The notes beneath the pieces are model-generated. The model had not been told where the DNA came from. It did no database searches and was given only the letters and a program-made list of their open reading frames with translations. This document shows positions 12,030 to 24,630 of a stretch of DNA of 64,000 nt, in pieces. The position numbers were made by a program, and so were the translations under genes. How positions within the stretch are numbered: position 1 is the first letter of the stretch; every line of letters begins with the position of its first letter. Source of the DNA: Squalus acanthias (taxonomy: Eukaryota); contig CM059446.1 in NCBI GenBank assembly GCA_030390025.1, positions 11,222,001 through 11,286,000 of the forward strand, read 5' to 3'.

Positions 12030-13427
12030 TAGTAAATGAAGCCATTCCTGATCGGAATTCAGAGGACCAATGCTGGAAAGTCTGTGTGTGTGGGAAGTGG
12101 GAGGGAACAGGACTGGGATCAGATATCATGCCCTACATGACACTGACTGTCGAGGCTCACACACACACACACACACACACACACAATGGCGACCTGGGGA
12201 AGGTACTAGAGGCAGCTCGACAAGAATCACCATCTTGAAGAGACGAGAGCAAATTGGGGCAAACTAAAATGAAAAGGCGTAACAATTCTCCTACAACGGA
12301 TCCGGTTCACTGAATACAGAAACAGTCTTCTGGTACAAACACCTCCGTGGACGTTCCATGTGCCTACTCCAAGCCACACAGTTAAACACTTAGGTCTCAC
12401 TGAATGGCCCTATTGTTGCATTGAACAAAACCTCTTTATCACTGCTTAATGTTATAGCCTCACCTGTGTTTAAATGCACATTTTTGTGCATTGATTGACG
12501 GAATGATTCGAACACTATCCTTTAAAAAGAATAGGCAAATATCTAGTCATATAATGAAAGTTATGAATATATTCTGGTATAAAATAGGTTTTGATCCATT
12601 GATGCCATGTGAATATTTTGTAGGTGGTGGGGGGTGGAATTCAACTGCACACAAGAAACGAGCCAAAAGGAACATCTGGGAGTTGAACTGTGCCACCTCA
12701 GCCCATGTGTACACGTGTCACTCCAATCATTACACAGGAAAAGTGAATGGAAACTAATTTTTTTTCTTCGTTTTTTTTTTCCCCCAAAGAGAATCAGTAG
12801 AAACACAGATGTCTGCAGATGATAACAGGGCTTTACATAACATGTTCTGACATTTAACGGAGCAGTTGCACAAATATAACCAACTCTCCGAGGCTTGCTT
12901 TTTAAGAGTCTGGCCAAGCTAAAAATGTTCACCTACGCTGGTTTTCAAAGTCAGAGCGAAGGGCTGCAACTTTCCTTTGGATTCCCCGAGGTGAGTTCTA
13001 AAAGGTGGTGGTACCTCAGCTACAGGTCCATTCCTCATTCCTAAGTGTTGGCAGAATAACCCTGTGTGAGGGCATCACAGCTGAGCCTGCCCTCAATCAA
13101 TCAATGACCACACACACGCACTATACACGACGAATCATCGTTCAGTGAGCAGGGTGGGCACCTTAGCTGCTTTTTGCCTCCTTTCAAGCCCAGGGGCTGT
13201 GAGGCCAACTCTGTTACTCCAGCTGCAAACTCAACATAGACCAGGACTCGAACCTCGGACCTTGTAGCCTCTACACATTGCCATTGCCAGCTTAGCTATG
13301 GAGGAAAGCTGCATAACTTCACGTGTAATTGTTTATACTGGTGCAAGAAAAAGTGCATATGATTCACATCACTTTACTGCTTCAGCCAAGATTTTTGAGC
13401 TTGCGTTAGGACAACCTATCCCATTGC

Positions 13428-13782
13428 ACAACAACAACTTGCACCTTTAACGTAGTAAAACGTTCCAAGGCGCTTCACAGGAACGTCATCAAACAAAATT
13501 TGACACCGAGCCACTTATAGATATTAGGACAAGTGACTGAAAGCTTGCTCAAAGAGGTGGGTTTTAAGGAGGAGAGAGAGGTAGAGAGGCGGAGAGGTTT
13601 AGGGAGGAATTCCAGAGCTGAGGGCCCAGGCAGCTGAAGGCAATGGTGGAGCGATGAAAATCGGGGCTGCTCAAGAGGCCAGGATTGGAGGAGCGCCGAG
13701 ATCGCGGAGGGTTGTAGGACTAGAGGAGGTTACAGAGATAGGGGCGGACGAGGCCTTGGAGGGATTCGAAAACAAGGATAAG
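13428..13782 (-). mobile_element. L2 LINE 3' fragment
   Basis: (AAC)n tail, then AAAATTTGACACCGAGCCAC...GAATTCCAGAGC...GAAAACAAGGAT. Confidence 0.85.
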
Positions 13783-14817
13783 TAAAACAATGGAGTCTCT
13801 GACTGGCTCTGAGTTATATAGACTAGGAAGTCCCAGGCTTGATCCCTGGTCTGTGCAGTCAGGTAATCTCAGTGGGTAGATAGCCTCAGCACTTGGGTTG
13901 GGTTGGGGGGAGGCAGTGGAAAATCAGCCAGGGTTCCCATATCTGATTGTTTTTTCAGTAATCCTGGACATGAGTATCAGGTGGGAACAAGATTGGGTTT
14001 GGCTGTGATGCCCCTATGGCAGGCCAAACAGTACTAACCCCAAACTCTATCTCAATCATGTCCATTTGGGTGAGGTACCAGGAGAGTCTGGTGTTGTTGG
14101 AGTCGTAACTGGAGGAAGGAGTTAATGTCTTCAGGAGGTGGGAGGCAAGGGAAAAAAAGATAAACAAGAGTACAGCACGTGGGGAGGATTTAAAAAAAAA
14201 AACATTTTCTGATTTTGCCACACATTGTGCACTGATGAAATCTTCTCCCTATATGGGGAACGGCAGGTTAAAAGTCATGTTGGCAGCACATGAGATCCAT
14301 TAAACTGTGGGTCTCTAATGCATAAGAACATATAATAAATCAAGGCTGAGTAAAGACCATATAGCCCACCAAAGCTTGTCCTCCAGTACCCTACTGTTCC
14401 CACCTAAGCATTCACCTGTATTTTGGACATCGCTAATGTCTGAGTCTCTACTCCCTGATGTGGCAACTTAAACCAGACTTCGATCACCCTTTGCATGGAG
14501 TTCAACAACAACAACATCATCATTGAAGTGGCAAATGAGTTGATTTGAAAGACTTGCGAGCTGCTGCTGTTTTTCTCAGTGTGACTATTGAACATCTGGA
14601 TTAAGACCGGACAGTTGAGACGGGTGGTTGGGGTGGGGGGCAGGGGGGGGAGGGGAGGGGGTGGGGTTGCGGGGAGCATTTGATTTTGGGAAGCAAGCTA
14701 GGGCTGTTCAGGAAAAAACCTGACAAAAGATAAAGAGACAATTCAAAATCTCCTTTCAATTAGGTTTCAGTATTCAACTAAAATGTGCTTGAACGCAGCG
14801 ATGAGATATTTCTCTCC

Positions 14818-15300
14818 TACAACAACAACAACTTGTATTTATATAGCGCCTTTAATGCAGTAAAACGTCCCAAGGCGCTGCACAGGAGTATTTTAAGACA
14901 AAAAATTTGACACCGAGCCACATAAGGATAAATTAGGGCAGGTGACCAAAAGCTTGGTCAAAGAGGTAGGTTTTAAGGAGCATCTTAAAGGAGGAAAGAG
15001 AGGTAGCGAGGCGGAGAGGTTTAGGGCAGGAATTCCAGAGCTTAGGGCCCAGGCAACAGAAGGCACGGGCACCAATGGTTGAGCGATTATAATCAGGGAT
15101 CCTCAAGAGGGCAGAATTAGAGGAGCGCAGATATCTCGGGGGGGTTGTGGGGCTGAAGGAGATTACAGAGATAGGGAGGGGCGAGGCCATGGAGGGATTT
15201 GAAAACAAGGATGAGAATTTTGAAATCGAGGCGTTGCTTAACCGGGAGCCAATGTAGGTCAGCGAGCACAGGGGTGATGGGCGAGCGGGACTTGGTGCGA
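14818..15300 (-). mobile_element. L2 LINE 3' fragment
   Basis: Minus ORF ...RYLRSSNSALLRIPDYNRSTIGARAFCCLGPKLWNS..KTYLFDQAFGHLP. Confidence 0.9.
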
Positions 15301-15398
15301 ATAAATTCATTCTGCTAACTCATTTAAATCTTGTTTTTATTATTTTAAACGTCTGTACTTACATCGGACTTCACTTTGCCCAATGTGCAATACCTTGA

Positions 15399-15965
15399 CA
15401 AAAGCAAAATACTGCGGATGCTGGAAATCTGAAATTAAAACAGAAAATGCTGGAAATACTCAGCAGGTCAGGCAGCATCTGTAGAGAGAGAGAAACCGAG
15501 TTAATGTTTCAGGTCGATGACCTTTCGTCAGAACTGGGAGAAGTTAGAGATTTAAGAACAAAGGCAAGGGTCTGTGATAAAAGGCGGGGGGAGGGGGGGG
15601 GAATCTATGCCCCGCCCTCCACCCTATCACAGGCCTGTCCCTTTGTTTTTCCCTGGCTCTACACTAGCTTGAAAACTATTCAATCTGTAACTTCTGATGA
15701 AAGACCATCGCCCTGAAACGTTAACTCTGTTTCTCTCCCCACAGATGCTGCCTGACCTGCTGAGTATTTCCAGCATTCTCTGTTGGACTCAGTCAAATAT
15801 TGCTCCGACAGCGTCTCAAGTTATGGAATGCTGCATAATGAGCACTGTCTCCCGTAGATGGTGACATGTGTGGGTGTGATCCTCTTTACCTCACCCAGTT
15901 ATTTAACCATTGAGCCCATTCCTGGCTTACTCAATGCTCGCGAGTTCACTTTCCAGCAAGGATCA
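15399..15965 (-). mobile_element. Penelope family A fold-back unit plus 185 bp of co-copied flank from the 7.2-7.8 kb locus
   Basis: 15781-15965 is the reverse complement of 7211-7395 (9 mismatches by eye); the core shares private indels with 7480-7650. Confidence 0.85.
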
Positions 15966-16832
15966 AAGCCCTTCAATACACCCCACTCTTGTTTCCTATC
16001 CTTCAGCTAACTTAATTTCCCGTCCTGTATTCTAAGCTGGATTCCCATGGCTTTCAGCTTAATTAGAAGTCTTTCATGCAGAACCTTGTCAAAAGCCAGT
16101 CGGGTCTCCAGAGTTTCCCGGCTTTATATTTCGCAGCACTCTCGGTTGCAGGAATGATGCCTGTCTGCAGTCAAATGGCACCCACCTGCTGTAAATGCTC
16201 CTCGACCTTGCTAAGCATCACATTGGTAACAGGCAGCCAGTTTACAATTTCTTATTCTCCACTTCAGTCAACTGCTCGGAGGCCTTTGTGTGCAGAGATT
16301 GCCTGCTTGTAAGCCAAAAAAAAAATCCAGCTTGTGAATAAAATGGGCCTGCGTATCAGAAATTCGTGGTGGAATCACAAATCTATCTCGATGTTTCCAA
16401 TTACGCTGTGTTTTGGCGCAACGGTGATATTTCATAACCTCAATAAAAGCGTTGAGATTGCAAGGAGCAGAGTGGAGTGAAAGATGAGTTGTCCGAGGCG
16501 ACTTCACCAATCCTTAGAGTAACCATTTGACTGTTCAGCATTGTTACTTGGCTAACAGTGGCATTGTGTCTCCTGATAAGACGAAGCGTGACACAACCGC
16601 TTCTTACTGATGCAACTGCGCCATGTTCCAGCTCACCCACCCATGCTGTGCGCTGTCTGCCTGTTGTGAAAGTGAGCACCACAGCTTCCATTTCACTCTG
16701 CTCGCATGAATTAAAAGAGAAATATTTAACAGGGAGCAGGGGAATGGAACTAAGTGCAGAGCTCTTTCAGAGAGCTGGCGTAGGGTGATGGGCCGAATGG
16801 CCTATTTCTGGGCTGTAAAATTCCATGATCCT

Positions 16833-17100
16833 AACAACAACAACAACTTGCATTTATACAGCGCCTTTAAGGCAGTGAAACGTCCCAAGGAGCTTCATGG
16901 GAGCGCTATCAAACAAAATTTGATACTGGACCATGTAAGGAGATATTAGGGCAGGAAACCTAGCCAAAGAGGTAGGTTTTAAGGAGTGTCTTAAAGGAAC
17001 AGAGAGAGCTAGATAGGCGGTGTGGTTTAGGGAGGTAATTCTAGAGCTTAGGGCCAAGGCAGCTGAAGGCACGGCCGCCAATGGTGGAGCGATTAAAATC
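16833..17100 (-). mobile_element. L2 LINE 3' fragment, preceded by a plus-strand CR1 tail at about 16720-16830
   Basis: (AAC)n then TTGCATTTATACAGCGCCTTTAA...GGCAGCTGAAGGCACGGCCGCCAATGG. Confidence 0.85.
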
Positions 17101-17740
17101 TAAGTTTATACTGACAGTTAGTTGCACTTTCATGGTATTCCTGCCCCTCGATTTTCTCCCCGTCTCCCCTGAAGGCGCTCCCTTCTGCTGGGGCACAAAT
17201 CCATTGGTGCTGAAACCCCTTTCACATCTCACCCAGGGAGCCAGTTCTTCCCGTGGGATCCTTGACAATGTCCACCAGCTATCTGACCATAGAGGACATC
17301 ATAGCTAAGTCTAGTTCTGCCCCCCCACTCTCTCACACATGCGCACGCACACACCAACAGGACTCAGCTCATTACAGTCAGGAGGTGGGGGAAGCCAGGT
17401 CTGGATTTTTCTCCTCCCTACATTCAGACCACTTGCAGAGCGTCACCACACTTGGCTGAATCAGCAAAATTGGCAGCAATCAAAGATCAAACCCGAGACC
17501 TTCCTGCTATGGTAACTATGGACAAGCAAGGCCATTTGGCTCATCTCAATTTATCCATTCAGAGAGGTCCTAACGTTACCCCATTGTAGCGTACAATAGT
17601 TTCTTAAAAGAATCCAGGGCTATTGCCTCCATTACTCTGCTTGGAAATTTATCCCACATGTTCATCACTTTTTGTGTTGAGAAGAATTTCTGCTGATGTA
17701 AGCTAATTATCTCTAGTCATTTTTCTGCTGACCCCTGCTA

Positions 17741-18070
17741 TTCTTACAGTCACCTCAGCTGGTAGCAATGCAGACTCGTGTCTCTCCTTTAGGTGTTCGA
17801 AGCTTATCATAAAAAATGGTGTAACAGCAGGTGCATCTATTTGATGTCATTTTTACCAAGGTCTTCTGTTTGTGTCTTTTTACGACGTGTAAATTAAAAC
17901 ACCTCAACTAGGGTGATCTATGCAATTCTTAGTTACCTCAGCTGGTTGCAACACAGAATCGTGTCTCCTGTGTTTCATTTGATGTCATTTATACGAAGGC
18001 ATATGTTTCTTAATTTTATGTGTTTCTTTCTGAAGTGTAATTTAGAACACCTTAACAGGGTGTACTATTG
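17741..18070. repeat. Diverged tandem duplication, period about 183 bp
   Basis: AGTCACCTCAGCTGGTAGCAA at 17748 vs AGTTACCTCAGCTGGTTGCAA at 17931; ATTTGATGTCATTT and GTGTAA.TTA.AACACCT.AAC(T)AGGGTG occur in both units. Confidence 0.75.
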
Positions 18071-18496
18071 TGTTCTTTCCAAAGCTTCAGACTTCAGGAG
18101 CCTCTAACCTCCTGTTTCGATAAGGTCATTGATTCAGTGTCAACAACTTATCTTATCCCAATAGCCTGAATGCTGTTAACAATACAACTTCTCCATTGTT
18201 AGGTTTTTAGATTTTCAAGCCCAGTTTGTCATGTTTTAATAAGGCCAGAATTCTTTCATAGAATGGTGTATTTTTCTGAATATGGCTTATTCCTTCACAA
18301 TGCTGATAGAGTTAGATGAGGAAAGATAGGAGGAGGCTCGAGTGGAGCATCAATGCCGGCATGGACTGGATGGGCTGAATGGCCTGTTTCTGTGCCGTAT
18401 ATCCTATGTAATCCTATGTAGTCTTCTGTCTTGGCCACCAGAACTGGATGCTGAATTCAAGGTGCAGTCTGAACAGCTTGACTTCTGGATAGAACA

Positions 18497-18905
18497 AAAG
18501 AACATAAGAAATAGGAGCAGGAGTAGGCCATTTGGCCCTTCGAGCCTGCTCCGTCATTCAATAAGATCATGGCTGATCTTCTACCTCAACTCCACTTTCC
18601 CGCCCGATCCCCATATCCCTTGATCCCCTTAATATTCAATAATCTATCGATCTCTGTCTTGAATATACTCAACGACTGAGCCTCCACAGCCCTCTGGGGT
18701 AGAGAATTCCAAAGATTCACCACCCTCTGAGTGAAGAAATCTCTCCTCATCTCAGTCCTAAATGACCGGCCCCTTATTCTGAGACTGTGACCCCTGGTTC
18801 TAGACTCCCCAGCCAGGGGAAACATCACTCCCTGCATCTATCCTGTCAAGCCCTGTAAGAATTTCAATGAGATCACCTCTCATTCTTCTAAACTCTGGAG
18901 AATAT
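18497..18905 (-). mobile_element. CR1 LINE 3' end
   Basis: Minus ORF MFPLAGESRTRGHSLRIRG...VVNLWNSLPQRAVEA; AAGAACATAAG tail. Confidence 0.9.
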
Positions 18906-19534
18906 AGATCAGTTACACAGCAGGCAATAGCATCACCTTTATGGTATTAACAGTAGGATTGTAGGATGGTGACGCGGCCATTTCAGCCCACTTGTGTGAT
19001 TTTGTCACCTCGACATTATACGTGGTGGGTTACTGGTTATGAAAACATGGCAACTCCACGGGGACAGTTTTTATGTCCCTACTGCCCCATTTGGGCTTAA
19101 AAATGGGTCGGCAGAGGGACCAAAATGACGTGCCTGATGGCAGCGTTGATGCAATGCCGAATTGCCGTTCGTCCCAATTCTCGAGCCGGCCTCCATCCTT
19201 GCAGCAGAACTCCCGCCATGAAATATGCACATCGGGATCAAATGACCCAATCAGAACCCCCGATGCCATTTTCATCTCCGCCCGCCTAACTCCTGCCGGT
19301 TCCTGCTCCTGCCCACCAACCACGGACGGACAAGTCAGGGGACAGGCTTTTCCAGCAGCAATTAAAGGGATCCTTAGCTGCAGCTAGGGAAAAGGTTGGC
19401 AGTCGCTCGTGGGTTTTGCACCTTAAAGGCGTTCAGATTTAATGTGGTTACTGTTGTAGGTTCTGCAAGCATGTTGCTTGCTGCTTTAAAGAGCCACTTC
19501 TTTTTATTCCTGATGCTCCCCTTTAAGAAGAAAA

Positions 19535-19932
19535 AAAGAAAGACTAACATTTCTATAGCGCCTTTCACAACCTCAGGACGTCCCAAAGCTCTTTACAGCC
19601 AATGAAGTACTTTTTGAAGTGTAGTCACTGTTGTAATGTAGGAAACGCGGCAGCCAATTTGCGCACAGCAAGCTCCCACAAACAGCAATGTGAAAATGAC
19701 CAGATAATCGGTTTTTGTTATATTGGTTGAGGGATAAATATTGGCCAGGACACCGGGGAGAACTCCCCCCCCCCTGCTCTTCTTCGAAATAGTGTCAAGG
19801 GATCTTTTACGTCCACCTGAGAGAGCAGACGGGGCCTCGGTTTAGCGTCTCATCCGAAAGACAGCACCTCCGACAGTGCAGCACTCCCTCAGTACGGCAC
19901 TGGGAGTGTCAGCATAGAATTTTGTGCTCAAG
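19535..19932 (-). mobile_element. Deu-domain SINE
   Basis: Reverse complement of the Deu body seen at 40886-41361. Confidence 0.9.
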
Positions 19933-21985
19933 AATTCTCCCATATAGATACGGACAAATACTTAGCGCTTCATCAATCAGATGAGATGTTAAACCATTTG
20001 CCCATCTTGGGTGATGTGAACGAACCCATGGCACTATTCGGAGGGAGTTCTCCCGGGGCCCTGGTCAACATTCCTCCCTCAACCAGAGCCATCCAAGACA
20101 GATTAACCGGTCATTCACCTCAATGTTGTTCGTGGAATCTTGCAGTGCATTGAAATGGGCTGTCATGCTTGCTCACGTAACGACAGTCATCGTGCTTCAA
20201 ACAAGTCATCGTAGGTGAAGGGCTTTGCAGATGACATCTGAGAGATGCGATAAATAAAAGTCTATCAAGTCCATTTTATCTAACAGAAAAACTCCCTTGG
20301 CTTGGGTTTCTGCAACTTTTCTCTTCCCCCACATATTGCTTAATCAGGACTCGGAATTGCTGCTTCCAAGAGATGGCTGCCTGAAGTGGGATTTTGTGTC
20401 TTATCTATATTACATATTCAGTCAAATACAATGTCAGGAAACCTGTCTAATGTTGAGAGCACTGTAGCAGCGTAAATAGCCCCAGGGAGGGCAGCAGCAG
20501 TCTCTGTTTTCCAACACCACACCTTCACTGCCCTCTGCACTGTGCCACTGTTTGGACACGTAACCAGGCAACAGCCTGAACAAACAGTGCACCTGGCAGT
20601 TGCAAACAGGAAACTTCTGCACATTAAAAGTTAAAAGCTTGACTCATGCACACACACACACACACACAAACTGGGCAAGCACACAACTGGTGTCAATTGA
20701 CAGGCCCAAGCCTCTGACTGCACAACAAGCCGGCTTCGGAAGCACGACTCCAGTTGAGAGTCACCTGCGACTTGTGCAAAGCAAGCTGGAGCCAGCCGTC
20801 GGCTTAGCCCGCGTTGGTGTCGGCGAGGGCGCGCTGACGCATGATCTGTCGGAGCAAGCTCAGCAAAGTGAAATGCTTCGCGGCCAGCTCCATATCTGTT
20901 CCTCCCCACCTCGCTCCCTATGCTGCTGACGGTGGATGGGGTGGCGAGGCTTCCAGCCACGTGCACTGTCAGGAGCTGGCAGCTGACGCACGGAGAGCAG
21001 GTCCCCTCCCCACTTCCCCCCAGCCCCAAACACCCGAACAAAATTGCTTTGCAGAAGAGGCTCTCGATTGTCTCCCGCCCCCCTCCCCACCCCGTGTTTG
21101 AACTCATTAAAAAGGGCATCGTTAACTATGTGGCCCTTTTCCTTCCATTATTCTCCTTGTACAGAAGCATACGCGGGCTAGTCTCATGGGTGACATTTCT
21201 TATCAGCAGTGCTGGATGCAGCAGAGGCTCAATGCCTGGAGCAGAGAACGGATATATATTTCAACCATGTTTATAAATAGCAATTCAAAGTATCAGCTCT
21301 TAAATGAGGCAATCGTTCCACAAAACCTCCTCTTTTGCATTCAAAGTGATTTTCTGATGCGGCCGCCACCTCCTTAAAAGGGCAACAGGTTTAAGGCATT
21401 CCCGTCTTGTGCGGCAGCAAATCGCTGATGACGCTGCTCCTTTAAATGAGCTTCTCGCCACGTTTTTACAAAAAGGAACGGTGGGGGGGAGTCTAAGGGA
21501 AGGTGCAGCGAAGCATTTGCAGAACATGTTCACATGGAGGGGGGCTGCTGACAACCTGAGTTGGCATTGCAGCTTTCAGCAGGGCGGTTCTCTGCTTGAA
21601 CTGTGGATCTTGGCAATGTTTTAGGAGATGCCAGCGAGGATAAAAGCGGACGAACGGGGTGGGGTGTTGGGACGTTGCTAATGCCAAACATCGTCCTGAC
21701 CAATGAGGCTGTGAAGGCTGACGGGATGGCAACAGTGGTGTCACCCCATGTCAACGCTTATAGCTTCTAAGCATGAAATGTGGAGACCAGGACCTGAGCC
21801 TACACGGCATGGCACAAGGGCTTTGTACGGACCTGGCAATGACTGTGTACAGACCTGGCAATGATTGCGTACGGACCTGGCAATGACTGTGTACATAGAA
21901 ACATAGAAGATAGGAGCAGGAGTAGGCCATTCGGCCCCTCGAGCCTGTTCCGCCATTTAATGAGATCATGGCTGATCATCCAAAT

Positions 21986-23221
21986 TCAGTACCCTGTCCC
22001 TGCTTTCTCCCCATATCCCTTGATCCCTTTAGCCTTAAGAAATATATCTAACTCCTTCTTGAATATATTTAATGAATTGGCCTCAACTGCCTTCTGCGGC
22101 AGAGAATTCCACAGGTTCACCACTCTCTGGGTGAAGAAATTCCTCCTCATCTCAGTCCTAAATGGCTTACCCCTTATCCTTAGACTGTGACCCCTGGTTC
22201 TGGACTCCCCCGCCATCGGGAACATCCTTCCTGCATCTAGTCTGTCTAGTCCTGTTAGAATTTTATAAGTTTCAATGAGATCCCCTCTCATTCTTCTAAA
22301 CTCAAGCGAATACAAGCCCAATCGACCCAATCTCTTTTCATACATCATTCCTGCCATCCCAGGTATCAGTCTGGTGAATCTTCGCTGCACTCCCTCCATG
22401 GCAAGAACATCCTTCCTCAGATAAGGCGACCAAAACTGCACACAATACTCAAGGTGTGGTCTCACCAAGGCCCTGTACAACTGCAGCAAGACATCCTTGC
22501 TCCTGTACTTGAATCCTCTCGCTATGAAGGCCAACATACCATTTGCCTTCTTAACCGCCTGCTGCACCTGCATGTTTACCTTCAGCGACTGGTGCACAAG
22601 GACACCCAGGTCTCGTTGCACTTCCCCTTTTCCCAATCTATTGCCGTTCAGATAATAATCTGCCTTCCTGTTTTTGCCACCAAAGTGGATAACCTCGCAT
22701 TTATCCACATTATACTGCATCTGCCATGCATCTGCCCAATCACCCAACCTGTCCAAATCATACTGGAGTTTCTCTGCATCCTCCTCACAGCACACACGCC
22801 CACAGAGCTTTGTGTCGTCTGCAAACTTGGAGATATTACATCTAGTTCCCTCGTCTAGATCATTAATATATATTGTGAATAACTGGGGTCCTAGCACCGA
22901 TCCCTGCGGTACCCCACTAGTCACTGCCTGCCACTCGGAAAAAGACCCGTTTATTCCAACTCTTTGCTTCCTGTCTGCCAACCAGTTCTCTATCCAAGTC
23001 AGTACCTTACCCCCAATCCCATGTGCTTTAACTTTGCACGCTAATCTCTTATGCAGGACCTTATCGAAAGCCTTCTGAAAGTCCAAATACACCACATCCA
23101 CTGGTTCTCCCTTATCTATTCTACCAGTTACATCCTCAAAAAATTCCAGTAGATTAGTCAAGCATGATTTACCTTTTGTAAATCCATGTTGACTTTGTCC
23201 GATCCTGTCACTGTTTTCCAA
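21986..23221 (-). pseudogene. CR1 ORF2 reverse transcriptase fragment (411 aa open)
   Basis: Non-LTR RT motifs; lacks the APE endonuclease, so non-autonomous. Confidence 0.9.
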
Positions 23222-23243
23222 GTGCTCTGCTATTACATCTTTT

Positions 23244-23556
23244 GATGTGGAGATGCCGGCGTTGGACTGGGGTGGACAAAAATGAGAAGTCGCACAACAC
23301 CAGGTTATAGTCCAACAGATTTATTTAATTTTACAAGCTTTCGAAGCAGTTCGCTCCTTCGTCAGGTAAGTTAGCAATGAGAGAATCTCCCAGAATTCAC
23401 AATTTAAACCCAGACAAAATCTATTCACATTATTCCCTACAACAAAGAGCACAGCCAAGACAATGAGATGTGTCCCAGGGGGTCCAACGTGTCAAACCAC
23501 CTGCTGGCTGCATATCCTGTCAATTTGTGTTCTTGTGTTAGTCTTTTTAAAAAAAA
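23244..23556 (-). mobile_element. Penelope-like family B pLTR and tail inserted in CR1 ORF2
   Basis: TSD TACATCTTTT (23234-23243, 23557-23566); excision restores the ...ESIIKDVIAEHLENSD reading frame. Confidence 0.9.
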
Positions 23557-24345
23557 TACATCTTTTATAATGGACTCTAGCATTTTCCCCACTACCGATG
23601 TCAGGCTTACCGGTCTATAATTCCCCGTTTTCTCTCTACCACCTTTTTTAAATAGTGGGGTTACATTAGCTACCCTCCAATCCATGGGAACTGTTCCAGA
23701 GTCTATAGAATTTTGGAAGATGACCAGCAATGCATCTACTATTTCGGACCTGGCAATGACTGTGTGCGGACCTGGCAATGACTGTGTACGGACCTGGCAA
23801 TGACTGGGCCGATGGGTTGTGCCAGGTGCTGCTTCACTTCCGCGGGAGGAAGCTGCCATGCTAAGGAAAATAATCCATCGCTAATGGTTCAGTGGGTAGA
23901 GTCAGTGTGTAACGAAGCAACAACGCGCCCTAAGTTTAAATATTTTAGTAAAAAGCACATGAAAACAAACATGCAGTTATTTCTCCATTGGCTGCACCCC
24001 CCAATGGAAATGGCCCATCTCCATTATACTGACAGCAGTGTAGAATGAGATTATCCTGGGTCTAGTGATTCACCAATTGATCCGACACCTCCACTAAATA
24101 CATGGGGGTGCGGGGCGGGTGGGGATCATCATTTTGACTTTGGCCGATAGAATTAAATGGGCGATATCGATTCAACCGTCTGGTATACATCTTTCCCAAT
24201 TTATCCTTCCCCTGTGCTTGGGAAAGAATAAAGAACAGCTCGATTGTTGTTTTTAATGCTATTCGAATGCTACAAGGGGTGGACATCTAGTGAGGACCAG
24301 ATTAGGCTCAGCAGCGATGCCTTCCACAGTTGAATAGCCTGCCAG

Positions 24346-24630
24346 AACATAAGAACATTAAGAATTAGGAGCAGGAGTCGGCCATACAGCCCCTCGAGCC
24401 TGCTCCATACATTCAGTAAGATCATGGCTGATCTTCGACCCCAACTCCACTTCCCCGCCCGATCCCCATATCCCTCGATCCCCCCATGAGTCCAAAAATC
24501 TATCGATCTCAGCTTTGAACATACTCAACGACTGAGCAACCACAGCCCTCTGGGGTAGAGAATTCCAAAGATTCACAGCCCTCCGAGCGAAGAAATTCCT
24601 CCTTCATCTCAGCCTTACAAGGCCGACCCC
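24346..24630 (-). mobile_element. CR1 LINE 3' end
   Basis: NLWNSLPQRAVVAQSLSMFKAEIDRFLD; AACATAAG tail. Confidence 0.9.

Larger units (their letters stand above)
21894..23744 (-). mobile_element. Young 5'-truncated CR1 LINE with reverse transcriptase domain
   Basis: ORF 21986-23221: QHGF..GKSCLTNL, VYLDFQKAFDKV, SGVPQGSVLGP, KFADDTKL; upstream part (WRVANVTPLFKKG..NYRPVSLTS) at 23567-23744. Confidence 0.95.
21825..23806. repeat. 22-bp minisatellite (GTACGGACCTGGCAATGACTGT) split by a CR1 insertion
   Basis: 3 units at 21825-21893 and about 3 units at 23745-23806. Confidence 0.85.

Noticed and set aside
12159-12185. (CA)n, (CT)n and poly-G/C runs (also 4252, 20650, 25575, 35230, 40677)
   Set aside because: Ordinary microsatellites and homopolymers.
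15388-15980. CAATAC as the TSD of the duplicated PLE-plus-flank unit
   Set aside because: Only 6 bp and offset by several bases from both junctions; compatible with chance.
21825-23806. 22-bp direct repeats as a CRISPR array
   Set aside because: Units are head-to-tail with no spacers, the context is eukaryotic and there are no cas genes.
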